From positions 1 to 64,000 of the forward strand of contig JAUCBJ010007687.1 of the NCBI GenBank assembly GCA_032718475.1: a stretch of 64,000 nt of DNA, in the 5' to 3' direction. Of the stretch, positions 1-12,279 are shown one piece after another. The position numbers and the translations under genes are program-made. The notes below the pieces were generated by a model. That model ran no database searches. It was not told the DNA's origin and saw only the letters and a list, made by a program, of their open reading frames with translations. The stretch is from Nemertoderma westbladi. Lineage: Eukaryota > Animalia > Xenacoelomorpha. Position 1 is the stretch's first letter. Each line of letters starts with the position of its first letter.

Positions 1-69
1 TTTTAACTGAAGTTTCTCTCAATGTTTTAATTTCTAATCCGTTATCATTAGGACTTCCGTATAATAGCT

Positions 70-310
70 ACCTGTATTGCGTTGTGTTACACACCCGTTG
101 TCGCGCTCCCTTCCGAGTTGGTTTCATTATAAAGCATCACCCAAATCCAAACCCGTGGTTTGCCTTACCATAAAAATTAGATCGCGGTCACCCCAGAACT
201 TTACTCCCCAGAGGAAACTCCAGTACTCATTTTGCTACCATTTAAGGATGCTAAGAAAACTGCCTTGACCCCCATGCGGGGGTTGAAACCATGACCTCCG
301 AGAGACGTGA
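70..310 (-). mobile_element. tRNA-derived SINE fragment (Nin-domain-like core)
   Basis: Minus strand reads GGAGGTCATGGTTTCAACCCCCGC (B-box-like), then GGGTCAAGGCAG...CATCCTT...AAAATGAGTACTGG...GGGAGTAAAG, resembling the central domain of invertebrate Nin-type SINEs. Boundaries are approximate. Confidence 0.45.
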
Positions 311-560
311 ATACTACTATATTATTATTATTATTCCTAATAACCTTTTGTGTCATTAATGCATTCATCCATCACTACAGATGGACCGACTATTAGTCAG
401 TAATCTATATTTACATACCGTACTGAATATGAATAGAATAGTCGTACCACCTGGCTGCCTCATGCTACTAGTAGATACACACAGCTGACACTGGCTTCCC
501 TTCAGTATATCTCTTACTGTTTGGCTTCCCGTCAGTATATCTCTTACTGTTTGCGTTGTT

Positions 561-962
561 ATGCTGCATTTTATTTCGCACCGCTGTCGTCAGTTATCAC
601 TCGTTAGTTCCTATAGTTGTATAAATTTTGCTTCAACGAGATTAGCCATGACGTCTCGGTCACAAGATGATAAACTTACAAGCCAACAGCGTTGTAATGC
701 GGTAGCGGAACTATCTGTTACCGGTTGGTCTGATGTGGAGGGGCGCGACGCGGTATTCAAGGAATTCTCCTTCGGTAACTTCAACCAAGCCTTCGGGTTT
801 ATGACTCGGGTAGCTCTGCTAGCGGAGAAATTAGACCACCACCCGGAGTGGTTCAATGTCTACAACAAGGTACGGGTGACCCTGGCAACTCACGAGTTCG
901 GTGGCGTCAGTCAACGGGATGTTAGAATGGCAAATTTTATGGATAAAGTGGCCAGGGAGTGA
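561..962 (+). CDS. PCBD2: Pterin-4-alpha-carbinolamine dehydratase (PCBD/DCoH family, PCBD2-like with a possible mitochondrial presequence); single exon
   Basis: Family motifs [54 protein letters not shown]. The N-terminal ~30 aa are R/S/L-rich and lack acidic residues. AATAAA at 1203-1208. The paralog assignment is tentative. Confidence 0.93.
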   Translation: MLHFISHRCRQLSLVSSYSCINFASTRLAMTSRSQDDKLTSQQRCNAVAELSVTGWSDVEGRDAVFKEFSFGNFNQAFGFMTRVALLAEKLDHHPEWFNVYNKVRVTLATHEFGGVSQRDVRMANFMDKVARE

Positions 963-1256
963 CCATGACAACGACGGGTCTCATGTAGTCATTCCGACGT
1001 TGGTATATTTATTACGTTCCTTCAATCGGTTATATAAACAATAAGCCCACTCATATCGGAAGCGAGTAAAGCACTACTTTATGTGAACCTATAATTCCTA
1101 TAATATCAATATTCGTCTGTGTTCTTGGGAATTCATAACAATTATATTTAGGAGCATAATGTTATAATAATATTAATTATTCATGTTTTTTTATGTATTT
1201 ATAATAAATTATAGTAGATAATTTTTCCATTTCGTTTGTTAAATTGTGAAATATAG

Positions 1257-4200
1257 AAATTCGCCCGTGTTTGTTCTTTGTTTTGGTTTATAAATTCGCC
1301 CGTGTTTGTTCTTTGTTTTGTGGTTTATAAATTCGCCCGTGTTTGTTCTTTGTTTTGTGGTTTATAAATTCGCCCGTGTTTGTTCTTTGTTTTGTGGTTT
1401 ATAAATTCGCCCGTGTTTGTTCTTTGTTGTGTGGTTGATAAATTCGCCCGTGTTTGTTCTTTGTTTTGTGGTTTATAAATTCGCCCGTGTTTGTTCTTTG
1501 TTGTGTGGTTTATAAATTCGCCCGTGTTTGTTCTTTGTTTTGTGGTTTATAAATTCGCCCGTGTTTGTTCTTTGTTTTGTGGTTTATAAATTCGCCCGTG
1601 TTTGTTCTTTGTTTTGTGGTTTATAAATTCGCCCGTGTTTGTTCTTTGTTTTGTGGTTTATAAATTCGCCCGTGTTTGTTCTTTGTTGTGTGGTTTATAA
1701 ATTCGCCCGTGTTTGTTCTTTGTTTTGTGGTTTATAAATTCGCCCGTGTTTGTTCTTTGTTTTGTGGTTTATAAATTCGCCCGTGTTTGTTCTTTGTTTT
1801 GTGGTTTATAAATTCGCCCGTGTTTGTTCTTTGTTTTGTGGTTTATAAATTCGCCCGTGTTTGTTCTTTGTTTTGTGGTTTATAAATTCGCCCGTGTTTG
1901 TTCTTTGTTTTGTGGTTTATAAATTCGCCCGTGTTTGTTCTTTGTTGTGTGGTTTATAAATTCGCCCGTGTTTGTTCTTTGTTTTGTGGTTTATAAATTC
2001 GCCCGTGTTTGTTCTTTGTTTTGTGGTTTATAAATTCGCCCGTGTTTGTTCTTTGTTTTGTGGTTTATAAATTCGCCCGTGTTTGTTCTTTGTTTTGTGG
2101 TTTATAAATTCGCCCGTGTTTGTTCTTTGTTTTGTGGTTTATAAATTCGCCCGTGTTTGTTCTTTGTTTTGTGGTTTATAAATTCGCCCGTGTTTGTTCT
2201 TTGTTTTGTGGTTTATAAATTCGCCCGTGTTTGTTCTTTGTTGTGTGGTTTATAAATTCGCCCGTGTTTGTTCTTTGTTTTGTGGTTTATAAATTCGCCC
2301 GTGTTTGTTCTTTGTTGTGTGGTTTATAAATTCGCCCGTGTTTGTTCTTTGTTGTGTGGTTTATAAATTCGCCCGTGTTTGTTCTTTGTTTTGTGGTTTA
2401 TAAATTCGCCCGTGTTTGTTCTTTGTTTTGTGGTTTATAAATTCGCCCGTGTTTGTTCTTTGTTTTGTGGTTTATAAATTCGCCCGTGTTTGTTCTTTGT
2501 TTTGTGGTTTATAAATTCGCCCGTGTTTGTTCTTTGTTGTGTGGTTGATAAATTCGCCCGTGTTTGTTCTTTGTTGTGTGGTTTATAAATTCGCCCGTGT
2601 TTGTTCTTTGTTTTGTGGTTAATAAATTCGCCCGTGTTTGTTCTTTGTTGTGTGGTTTATAAATTCGCCCGTGTTTGTTCTTTGTTGTGTGGTTGATAAA
2701 TTCGCCCGTGTTTGTTCTTTGTTGTGTGGTTTATAAATTCGCCCGTGTTTGTTCTTTGTTGTGTGGTTGATAAATTCGCCCGTGTTTGTTCTTTGTTGTG
2801 TGGTTTATAAATTCGCCCGTGTTTGTTCTTTGTTTTGTGGTTTATAAATTCGCCCGTGTTTGTTCTTTGTTGTGTGGTTAATAAATTCGCCCGTGTTTGT
2901 TCTTTGTTTTGTGGTTTATAAATTCGCCCGTGTTTGTTCTTTGTTGTGTGGTTGATAAATTCGCCCGTGTTTGTTCTTTGTTGTGTGGTTTATAAATTCG
3001 CCCGTGTTTGTTCTTTGTTTTGTGGTTAATAAATTCGCCCGTGTTTGTTCTTTGTTGTGTGGTTAATAAATTCGCCCGTGTTTGTTCTTTGTTTTGTGGT
3101 TTATAAATTCGCCCGTGTTTGTTCTTTGTTGTGTGGTTGATAAATTCGCCCGTGTTTGTTCTTTGTTTTGTGGTTGATAAATTCGCCCGTGTTTGTTCTT
3201 TGTTTTGTGGTTTATAAATTCGCCCGTGTTTGTTCTTTGTTGTGTGGTTGATAAATTCGCCCGTGTTTGTTCTTTGTTTTGTGGTTTATAAATTCGCCCG
3301 TGTTTGTTCTTTGTTGTGTGGTTGATAAATTCGCCCGTGTTTGTTCTTTGTTGTGTGGTTTATAAATTCGCCCGTGTTTGTTCTTTGTTGTGTGGTTTAT
3401 AAATTCGCCCGTGTTTGTTCTTTGTTGTGTGGTTGATAAATTCGCCCGTGTTTGTTCTTTGTTTTGTGGTTTATAAATTCGCCCGTGTTTGTTCTTTGTT
3501 GTGTGGTTGATAAATTCGCCCGTGTTTGTTCTTTGTTGTGTGGTTTATAAATTCGCCCGTGTTTGTTCTTTGTTTTGTGGTTTATAAATTCGCCCGTGTT
3601 TGTTCTTTGTTGTGTGGTTGATAAATTCGCCCGTGTTTGTTCTTTGTTGTGTGGTTTATAAATTCGCCCGTGTTTGTTCTTTGTTGTGTGGTTTATAAAT
3701 TCGCCCGTGTTTGTTCTTTGTTGTGTGGTTGATAAATTCGCCCGTGTTTGTTCTTTGTTTTGTGGTTTATAAATTCGCCCGTGTTTGTTCTTTGTTGTGT
3801 GGTTGATAAATTCGCCCGTGTTTGTTCTTTGTTTTGTGGTTGATAAATTCGCCCGTGTTTGTTCTTTGTTGTGTGGTTAATAAATTCGCCCGTGTTTGTT
3901 CTTTGTTTTGGTTTATAAATTCGCCCGTGTTTGTTCTTTGTTGTGTGGTTGATAAATTCGCCCGTGTTTGTTCTTTGTTTTGTGGTTTATAAATTCGCCC
4001 GTGTTTGTTCTTTGTTTTGTGGTTTATAAATTCGCCCGTGTTTGTTCTTTGTTGTGTGGTTTATAAATTCGCCCGTGTTTGTTCTTTGTTTTGTGGTTTA
4101 TAAATTCGCCAGTGTTTGTTCTTTGTTTTGTGTTTTATAAATTCGCCCGTGTTTGTTCTTTGTTTTGTGGTTTATAAATTCGCCCGTGTTTGTTCTTTGT

Positions 4201-7200
4201 TTTGTGGTTTATAAATTCGCCCGTGTTTGTTCTTTGTTTTGTGGTTTATAAATTCGCCCGTGTTTGTTCTTTGTTTTGTGGTTTATAAATTCGCCCGTGT
4301 TTGTTCTTTGTTGTGTGGTTTATAAATTCGCCCGTGTTTGTTCTTTGTTTTGTGGTTTATAAATTCGCCAGTGTTTGTTCTTTGTTTTGTGTTTTATAAA
4401 TTCGCCCGTGTTTGTTCTTTGTTTTGTGGTTTATAAATTCGCCCGTGTTTGTTCTTTGTTTTGTGGTTTATAAATTCGCCAGTGTTTGTTCTTTGTTTTG
4501 TGTTTTATAAATTCGCCCGTGTTTGTTCTTTGTTTTGTGGTTTATAAATTCGCCCGTGTTTGTTCTTTGTTTTGTGGTTTATAAATTCGCCCGTGTTTGT
4601 TCTTTGTTGTGTGGTTTATAAATTCGCCCGTGTTTGTTCTTTGTTTTGTGGTTTATAAATTCGCCCGTGTTTGTTCTTTGTTGTGTGGTTTATAAATTCG
4701 CCCGTGTTTGTTCTTTGTTGTGTGGTTTATAAATTCGCCCGTGTTTGTTCTTTGTTTTGTGGTATATAAATTCGCCCGTGTTTGTTCTTTGTTTTGTGGT
4801 TTATAAATTCGCCCGTGTTTGTTCTTTGTTTTGTGGTTTATAAATTCGCCCGTGTTTGTTCTTTGTTTTGTGGTTTATAAATTCACCCGTGTTTGTTCTT
4901 TGTTTTGTGGTTAATAAATTCGCTCGTGTTTGTTCTTTGTTGTGTGGTTAATAAATTCGCCCGTGTTTGTTCTTTGTTTTGTGGTTTATAAACTCGCCCG
5001 TGTTTGTTCTTTGTTGTGTGGTTGATAAATTCGCCCGTGTTTGTTCTTTGTTGTGTGGTTTATAAATTCGCCCGTGTTTGTTCTTTGTTTTGTGGTTAAT
5101 AAATTCGCTCGTGTTTGTTCTTTGTTGTGTGGTTAATAAATTCGCCCGTGTTTGTTCTTTGTTTTGTGGTTTATAAACTCGCCCGTGTTTGTTCTTTGTT
5201 GTGTGGTTGATAAATTCGCCCGTGTTTGTTCTTTGTTTTGTGGTTGATAAATTCGCCCGTGTTTGTTCTTTGTTTTGTGGTTTATAAATTCGCCCGTGTT
5301 TGTTCTTTGTTGTGTGGTTGATAAATTCGCCCGTGTTTGTTCTTTGTTTTGTGGTTTATAAATTCGCCCGTGTTTGTTCTTTGTTGTGTGGTTGATAAAT
5401 TCGCCCGTGTTTGTTCTTTGTTGTGTGGTTTATAAATTCGCCCGTGTTTGTTCTTTGTTGTGTGGTTTATAAATTCGCCCGTGTTTGTTCTTTGTTGTGT
5501 GGTTGATAAATTCGCCCGTGTTTGTTCTTTGTTTTGTGGTTTATAAATTCGCCCGTGTTTGTTCTTTGTTGTGTGGTTGATAAATTCGCCCGTGTTTGTT
5601 CTTTGTTGTGTGGTTTATAAATTCGCCAGTGTTTGTTCTTTGTTGTGTGGTTTATAAATTCGCCCGTGTTTGTTCTTTGTTGTGTGGTTTATAAATTCGC
5701 CCGTGTTTGTTCTTTGTTGTGTGGTTGATAAATTCGCCCGTGTTTGTTCTTTGTTGTGTGGTTGATAAATTCGCCCGTGTTTGTTCTTTGTTTTGTGGTT
5801 TATAAATTCGCCCGTGTTTGTTCTTTGTTGTGTGGTTGATAAATTCGCCCGTGTTTGTTCTTTGTTGTGTGGTTTATAAATTCGCCCGTGTTTGTTCTTT
5901 GTTGTGTGGTTTATAAATTCGCCCGTGTTTGTTCTTTGTTTTGTGGTTTATAAATTCGCCAGTGTTTGTTCTTTGTTTTGTGTTTTATAAATTCGCCCGT
6001 GTTTGTTCTTTGTTTTGTGGTTTATAAATTCGCCCGTGTTTGTTCTTTGTTTTGTGGTTTATAAATTCGCCCGTGTTTGTTCTTTGTTTTGTGGTTTATA
6101 AATTCGCCCGTGTTTGTTCTTTGTTTTGTGGTTTATAAATTCGCCAGTGTTTGTTCTTTGTTTTGTGTTTTATAAATTCGCCCGTGTTTGTTCTTTGTTG
6201 TGTGGTTGATAAATTCGCCCGTGTTTGTTCTTTGTTGTGTGGTTGATAAATTCGCCCGTGTTTGTTCTTTGTTTTGTGGTTTATAAATTCGCCCGTGTTT
6301 GTTCTTTGTTTTGTGGTTTATAAATTCGCCCGTGTTTGTTCTTTGTTGTGTGGTTGATAAATTCGCCCGTGTTTGTTCTTTGTTGTGTGGTTTATAAATT
6401 CGCCCGTGTTTGTTCTTTGTTTTGTGGTTTATAAATTCGCCAGTGTTTGTTCTTTGTTTTGTGTTTTATAAATTCGCCCGTGTTTGTTCTTTGTTGTGTG
6501 GTTGATAAATTCGCCCGTGTTTGTTCTTTGTTGTGTGGTTTATAAATTCGCCCGTGTTTGTTCTTTGTTTTGTGGTTAATAAATTCGCTCGTGTTTGTTC
6601 TTTGTTGTGTGGTTAATAAATTCGCCCGTGTTTGTTCTTTGTTTTGTGGTTTATAAACTCGCCCGTGTTTGTTCTTTGTTGTGTGGTTGATAAATTCGCC
6701 CGTGTTTGTTCTTTGTTTTGTGGTTGATAAATTCGCCCGTGTTTGTTCTTTGTTTTGTGGTTTATAAATTCGCCCGTGTTTGTTCTTTGTTGTGTGGTTG
6801 ATAAATTCGCCCGTGTTTGTTCTTTGTTTTGTGGTTTATAAATTCGCCCGTGTTTGTTCTTTGTTGTGTGGTTGATAAATTCGCCCGTGTTTGTTCTTTG
6901 TTGTGTGGTTTATAAATTCGCCCGTGTTTGTTCTTTGTTGTGTGGTTTATAAATTCGCCCGTGTTTGTTCTTTGTTGTGTGGTTGATAAATTCGCCCGTG
7001 TTTGTTCTTTGTTTTGTGGTTTATAAATTCGCCCGTGTTTGTTCTTTGTTGTGTGGTTGATAAATTCGCCCGTGTTTGTTCTTTGTTGTGTGGTTTATAA
7101 ATTCGCCAGTGTTTGTTCTTTGTTGTGTGGTTTATAAATTCGCCCGTGTTTGTTCTTTGTTGTGTGGTTTATAAATTCGCCCGTGTTTGTTCTTTGTTGT

Positions 7201-10087
7201 GTGGTTGATAAATTCGCCCGTGTTTGTTCTTTGTTGTGTGGTTGATAAATTCGCCCGTGTTTGTTCTTTGTTTTGTGGTTTATAAATTCGCCCGTGTTTG
7301 TTCTTTGTTGTGTGGTTGATAAATTCGCCCGTGTTTGTTCTTTGTTGTGTGGTTTATAAATTCGCCCGTGTTTGTTCTTTGTTGTGTGGTTTATAAATTC
7401 GCCCGTGTTTGTTCTTTGTTTTGTGGTTTATAAATTCGCCAGTGTTTGTTCTTTGTTTTGTGTTTTATAAATTCGCCCGTGTTTGTTCTTTGTTTTGTGG
7501 TTTATAAATTCGCCCGTGTTTGTTCTTTGTTTTGTGGTTTATAAATTCGCCCGTGTTTGTTCTTTGTTTTGTGGTTTATAAATTCGCCCGTGTTTGTTCT
7601 TTGTTTTGTGGTTTATAAATTCGCCAGTGTTTGTTCTTTGTTTTGTGTTTTATAAATTCGCCCGTGTTTGTTCTTTGTTGTGTGGTTGATAAATTCGCCC
7701 GTGTTTGTTCTTTGTTGTGTGGTTGATAAATTCGCCCGTGTTTGTTCTTTGTTTTGTGGTTTATAAATTCGCCCGTGTTTGTTCTTTGTTTTGTGGTTTA
7801 TAAATTCGCCCGTGTTTGTTCTTTGTTGTGTGGTTGATAAATTCGCCCGTGTTTGTTCTTTGTTGTGTGGTTTATAAATTCGCCCGTGTTTGTTCTTTGT
7901 TTTGTGGTTTATAAATTCGCCAGTGTTTGTTCTTTGTTTTGTGTTTTATAAATTCGCCCGTGTTTGTTCTTTGTTGTGTGGTTGATAAATTCGCCCGTGT
8001 TTGTTCTTTGTTGTGTGGTTGATAAATTCGCCCGTGTTTGTTCTTTGTTGTGTGATTAATAAATTCGCCCGTGTTTGTTCTTTGTTTTGGTTTATAAATT
8101 CGCCCGTGTTTGTTCTTTGTTGTGTGGTTTATAAATTCGCCCGTGTTTGTTCTTTGTTGTGTGGTTTATAAATTCGCCCGTGTTTGTTCTTTGTTTTGTG
8201 GTTTATAAATTCGCCAGTGTTTGTTCTTTGTTTTGTGTTTTATAAATTCGCCCGTGTTTGTTCTTTGTTTTGTGGTTTATAAATTCGCCCGTGTTTGTTC
8301 TTTGTTTTGTGGTTTATAAATTCGCCCGTGTTTGTTCTTTGTTGTGTGGTTTATAAATTCGCCCGTGTTTGTTCTTTGTTTTGTGGTTTATAAATTCGCC
8401 CGTGTTTGTTCTTTGTTGTGTGGTTGATAAATTCGCCCGTGTTTGTTCTTTGTTTTGTGGTTGATAAATTCGCCCGTGTTTGTTCTTTGTTTTGTGGTTT
8501 ATAAATTCGCCCGTGTTTGTTCTTTGTTGTGTGGTTGATAAATTCGCCCGTGTTTGTTCTTTGTTTTGTGGTTTATAAATTCGCCCGTGTTTGTTCTTTG
8601 TTGTGTGGTTGATAAATTCGCCCGTGTTTGTTCTTTGTTGTGTGGTTTATAAATTCGCCCGTGTTTGTTCTTTGTTGTGTGGTTTATAAATTCGCCCGTG
8701 TTTGTTCTTTGTTGTGTGGTTGATAAATTCGCCCGTGTTTGTTCTTTGTTTTGTGGTTTATAAATTCGCCCGTGTTTGTTCTTTGTTGTGTGGTTGATAA
8801 ATTCGCCCGTGTTTGTTCTTTGTTGTGTGGTTTATAAATTCGCCAGTGTTTGTTCTTTGTTGTGTGGTTTATAAATTCGCCCGTGTTTGTTCTTTGTTGT
8901 GTGGTTTATAAATTCGCCCGTGTTTGTTCTTTGTTGTGTGGTTGATAAATTCGCCCGTGTTTGTTCTTTGTTGTGTGGTTGATAAATTCGCCCGTGTTTG
9001 TTCTTTGTTTTGTGGTTTATAAATTCGCCCGTGTTTGTTCTTTGTTGTGTGGTTGATAAATTCGCCCGTGTTTGTTCTTTGTTGTGTGGTTTATAAATTC
9101 GCCCGTGTTTGTTCTTTGTTGTGTGGTTTATAAATTCGCCCGTGTTTGTTCTTTGTTTTGTGGTTTATAAATTCGCCAGTGTTTGTTCTTTGTTTTGTGT
9201 TTTATAAATTCGCCCGTGTTTGTTCTTTGTTTTGTGGTTTATAAATTCGCCCGTGTTTGTTCTTTGTTTTGTGGTTTATAAATTCGCCCGTGTTTGTTCT
9301 TTGTTTTGTGGTTTATAAATTCGCCCGTGTTTGTTCTTTGTTTTGTGGTTTATAAATTCGCCAGTGTTTGTTCTTTGTTTTGTGTTTTATAAATTCGCCC
9401 GTGTTTGTTCTTTGTTGTGTGGTTGATAAATTCGCCCGTGTTTGTTCTTTGTTGTGTGGTTGATAAATTCGCCCGTGTTTGTTCTTTGTTTTGTGGTTTA
9501 TAAATTCGCCCGTGTTTGTTCTTTGTTTTGTGGTTTATAAATTCGCCCGTGTTTGTTCTTTGTTGTGTGGTTGATAAATTCGCCCGTGTTTGTTCTTTGT
9601 TGTGTGGTTTATAAATTCGCCCGTGTTTGTTCTTTGTTTTGTGGTTTATAAATTCGCCAGTGTTTGTTCTTTGTTTTGTGTTTTATAAATTCGCCCGTGT
9701 TTGTTCTTTGTTGTGTGGTTGATAAATTCGCCCGTGTTTGTTCTTTGTTGTGTGGTTGATAAATTCGCCCGTGTTTGTTCTTTGTTGTGTGATTAATAAA
9801 TTCGCCCGTGTTTGTTCTTTGTTTTGGTTTATAAATTCGCCCGTGTTTGTTCTTTGTTGTGTGGTTTATAAATTCGCCCGTGTTTGTTCTTTGTTGTGTG
9901 GTTTATAAATTCGCCCGTGTTTGTTCTTTGTTTTGTGGTTTATAAATTCGCCAGTGTTTGTTCTTTGTTTTGTGTTTTATAAATTCGCCCGTGTTTGTTC
10001 TTTGTTTTGTGGTTTATAAATTCGCCCGTGTTTGTTCTTTGTTTTGTGGTTTATAAATTCGCCCGTGTTTGTTCTTTGTTGTGTGGT
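1257..10087. repeat. 37-bp tandem satellite, left arm (~239 units), consensus AAATTCGCCCGTGTTTGTTCTTTGTT(T/G)TGTGGTT(T/G)AT
   Basis: Continuous head-to-tail 37-bp period (e.g. TGGTTTA at 1321 and 1358), point variants only, no unique spacers. Confidence 0.98.
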
Positions 10088-10213
10088 TATAGAATTATAT
10101 TCCCTAAATGCCGTGGATTTTCAAAATTTTATTTTATTCGAATTAACTTTGTAAAGATTGCTTTGAGTTCTCATTCGTATTGGTTCTATCTATTATGCAT
10201 CTATCGGTCAGGT

Positions 10214-10300
10214 GGTTCAGTAGCTCAGTTGGTAGAGCGTTGGAAATTATAAGTGTAGTAGGTATCGAGTTCGAATCCTAGTAAGTGCGAATTATTTTTT
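10214..10300 (+). promoter_or_regulatory. tRNA-like Pol III unit (A box, B box, T6 terminator) inside the LTR; second copy at 24832-24918
   Basis: TAGCTCAGTTGGTAGAGC at 10221-10238, GAGTTCGAATCC at 10267-10278, TTTTTT at 10295-10300. Acceptor and anticodon stems pair poorly, so it is not a functional tRNA. Confidence 0.7.
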
Positions 10301-11108
10301 GTGCAGAATTTCAACTCATTTAAATTAACCGCTACAAATTAATTGCATTTGTCTGTACCAATAAGGCTGTAGTTATTTGATTGTAACCAATGTCGTGCAA
10401 GTTATATATTAGCTGGACCAATAAGCTATCTTTAAAACCTTGTTAGAACCCATAGAACAATCGAGAATTTTCTCGATTGATTGCAGCACAAATTTAGTAT
10501 ATAAAGGTGCGATTTCGTTCATTAGTTATCTCAATCTCAATCAATCACTGCAATTTCCATCATTCGCTTTCTGTCTTATTTCAGATTACATTGTTTATTG
10601 TATAATAGTTATTATATGTTTGTAATAAAGTCAGAAATACTAGTCACATCTCTCAGCCTTTCTATCTGTTTTAATATGGTTTCACTACGGTGAACAAACT
10701 CAGGGACAGGATGGCCAGCTAGAGATCGGGCCGCAGCAATGAACGGGAACATCACAGGAATGTAGACGAGAGACAACCCGCAATACCATCTTAGAGTTAT
10801 TCGCCCATCGCCTGAAAGGTTAGACAGCGTTCGATCCTTGCTACCTAAGTGTAAGACCAAAGATCAAAGGTAGACGTAGTGACACGCTGCAAGCCTAAAA
10901 TTACATCATAGGGACTGTACTGTCTTGATTCAGGGAAAACCGCAGTAGACCTTCATATTCCTACGGGGGGGGGAGGAGAGAGAGCAGATACTAGTAAGCA
11001 GATAGGACGTAGGCACACCGGTACAAGGCATACACATTGGTTAGGGTGCAGCAAACTGTACGCTTAACTCTTGCTAAGTACAGGTGTGTGTGCGACTATT
11101 TGCCGTAC

Positions 11109-11365
11109 TAGGATCGGCATGCTGCATTGCAGCTGCATTTTTAAGAATGCTGTGCCGGTTTGTCAACAAAATTGCACCGCCACAACTCCCTATCACCCAT
11201 GACATTTGCTAGATCATCCGCATCTTTAAGGCCAGTGTCCTTTAAGATGCGTCTCAAGAAAGTCATGGGCTGTCCACCATGCTTATTCACTCCATGAGGC
11301 TGCCAAAGTACAAGATTATGCACTGGCTGGTCCTCACGGCGAAAGCAATGTCCTGCAAAGGACTA
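11109..11365 (-). mobile_element. 5'-truncated RTE-like LINE 3' end inserted in the 5' LTR
   Basis: Absent from the 3' LTR, which reads CCGTAC-AACG-GTGTCT. It is the reverse complement of ~35666-35920 and encodes HNLVLWQPHG...LWRCNFVDKPAQHS. Confidence 0.9.
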
Positions 11366-12267
11366 GTGTCTATTACATCAGAACTTGTAGGCTAGAGGGT
11401 TGCTGTGTTTTCACCTGAATTGGGATTGTACCGTTCAGGCGGTAGGGCAGTTTACGCTAGGCGCAAATAAATTGAGGCTATCAGGGATATAATAACATCT
11501 ACCGTGTCCCCGCCAACGCCCTAATAGGAAGTTACCCGGACTACCTGGGTGACTAAAATTCTAGATAGGAGCCAGGATAGCTATTAGTACCCGTACGCCT
11601 ACAGTAGTAAACTAACACATCTCTTCTTAGTATCAGGGACCTGGTACCTAAAATTGCCGAATTCTGGGCGTAGTATTAACCTTATGCCTGAATTTGAGTC
11701 CTGGAAATACGCAAGAGGGGAAGGAACCTTATTATTCGTGAGTATTGGACCTACAAGTTATAAAATTAGAATATTCGTAAAATGCACACCGTACCCAGTA
11801 ATTATATATGTGAAGGAGCAAAACTGTTTTTGACCGATCAGAATTAACACACGCGCGTTAGAAATTATTTACACCTCGAAATATATAAAATTAACTTAGT
11901 CCGTACTGTGCTTTGCCCGCTAGTTAGACATCTCCAAATCTGCTCTATACCTAGCTAGCGTCCCTTTGCCCAACCATATAAATCACACCGCGGCAAAGTA
12001 TACGAGCCCCTTAGTCCGTCAGTGAGTCAGCCTGATTTTAGGATTCGCTGCGCGGGATTTGTTTTATCGAAGTTTGTCTGCTCGTAGACTGTTTTCTGCC
12101 TCACCGGTTAAAAGAGATCGATACTGCAATATATTCGCTTACTTGGGGTTTACTGTTTTGGTGAGAAGGTCGGATTTATGATTTGATTTACAAACTTTAC
12201 AGTAGGATATTGCAGGTATTGTTACCGTCTCTTCCGATAGTAGGAATAGGCGTATCTCTCCAATTTA

Positions 12268-12279
12268 GTAGGAATATGA
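12268..12279 (+). promoter_or_regulatory. Non-tRNA primer-binding site of element 1 (GTAGGAATATGA), complementary to LTR 10953-10964
   Basis: Directly follows the TSD-defined LTR end, has no TGG, and is the exact reverse complement of TCATATTCCTAC. Confidence 0.75.

Larger units (their letters stand above)
10088..12267 (+). repeat. 5' LTR of element 1 (TATAG...ATTTA), containing an RTE insertion
   Basis: Matches the sequence from 24706 at offset 14618 up to the insertion. By eye I found only one substitution outside the insertion junctions (ATCACAGG vs ATCACGGG). Confidence 0.95.

Noticed and set aside
10214-10290. Functional tRNA gene or element-encoded primer tRNA
   Set aside because: The acceptor and anticodon stems do not pair and its 3' end is not complementary to the PBS.
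10440-10860. Short ORFs duplicated at 25058-25478
   Set aside because: They are identical only because they lie in the LTRs; non-ATG starts and no recognisable domains.
10940-11100. Self-cleaving ribozyme releasing the primer
   Set aside because: I saw no hammerhead core (CTGANGA...GAAA) or convincing HDV fold, and such cleavage would leave a 2',3'-cyclic phosphate rather than a 3'-OH. An Infernal/Rfam scan would settle it.
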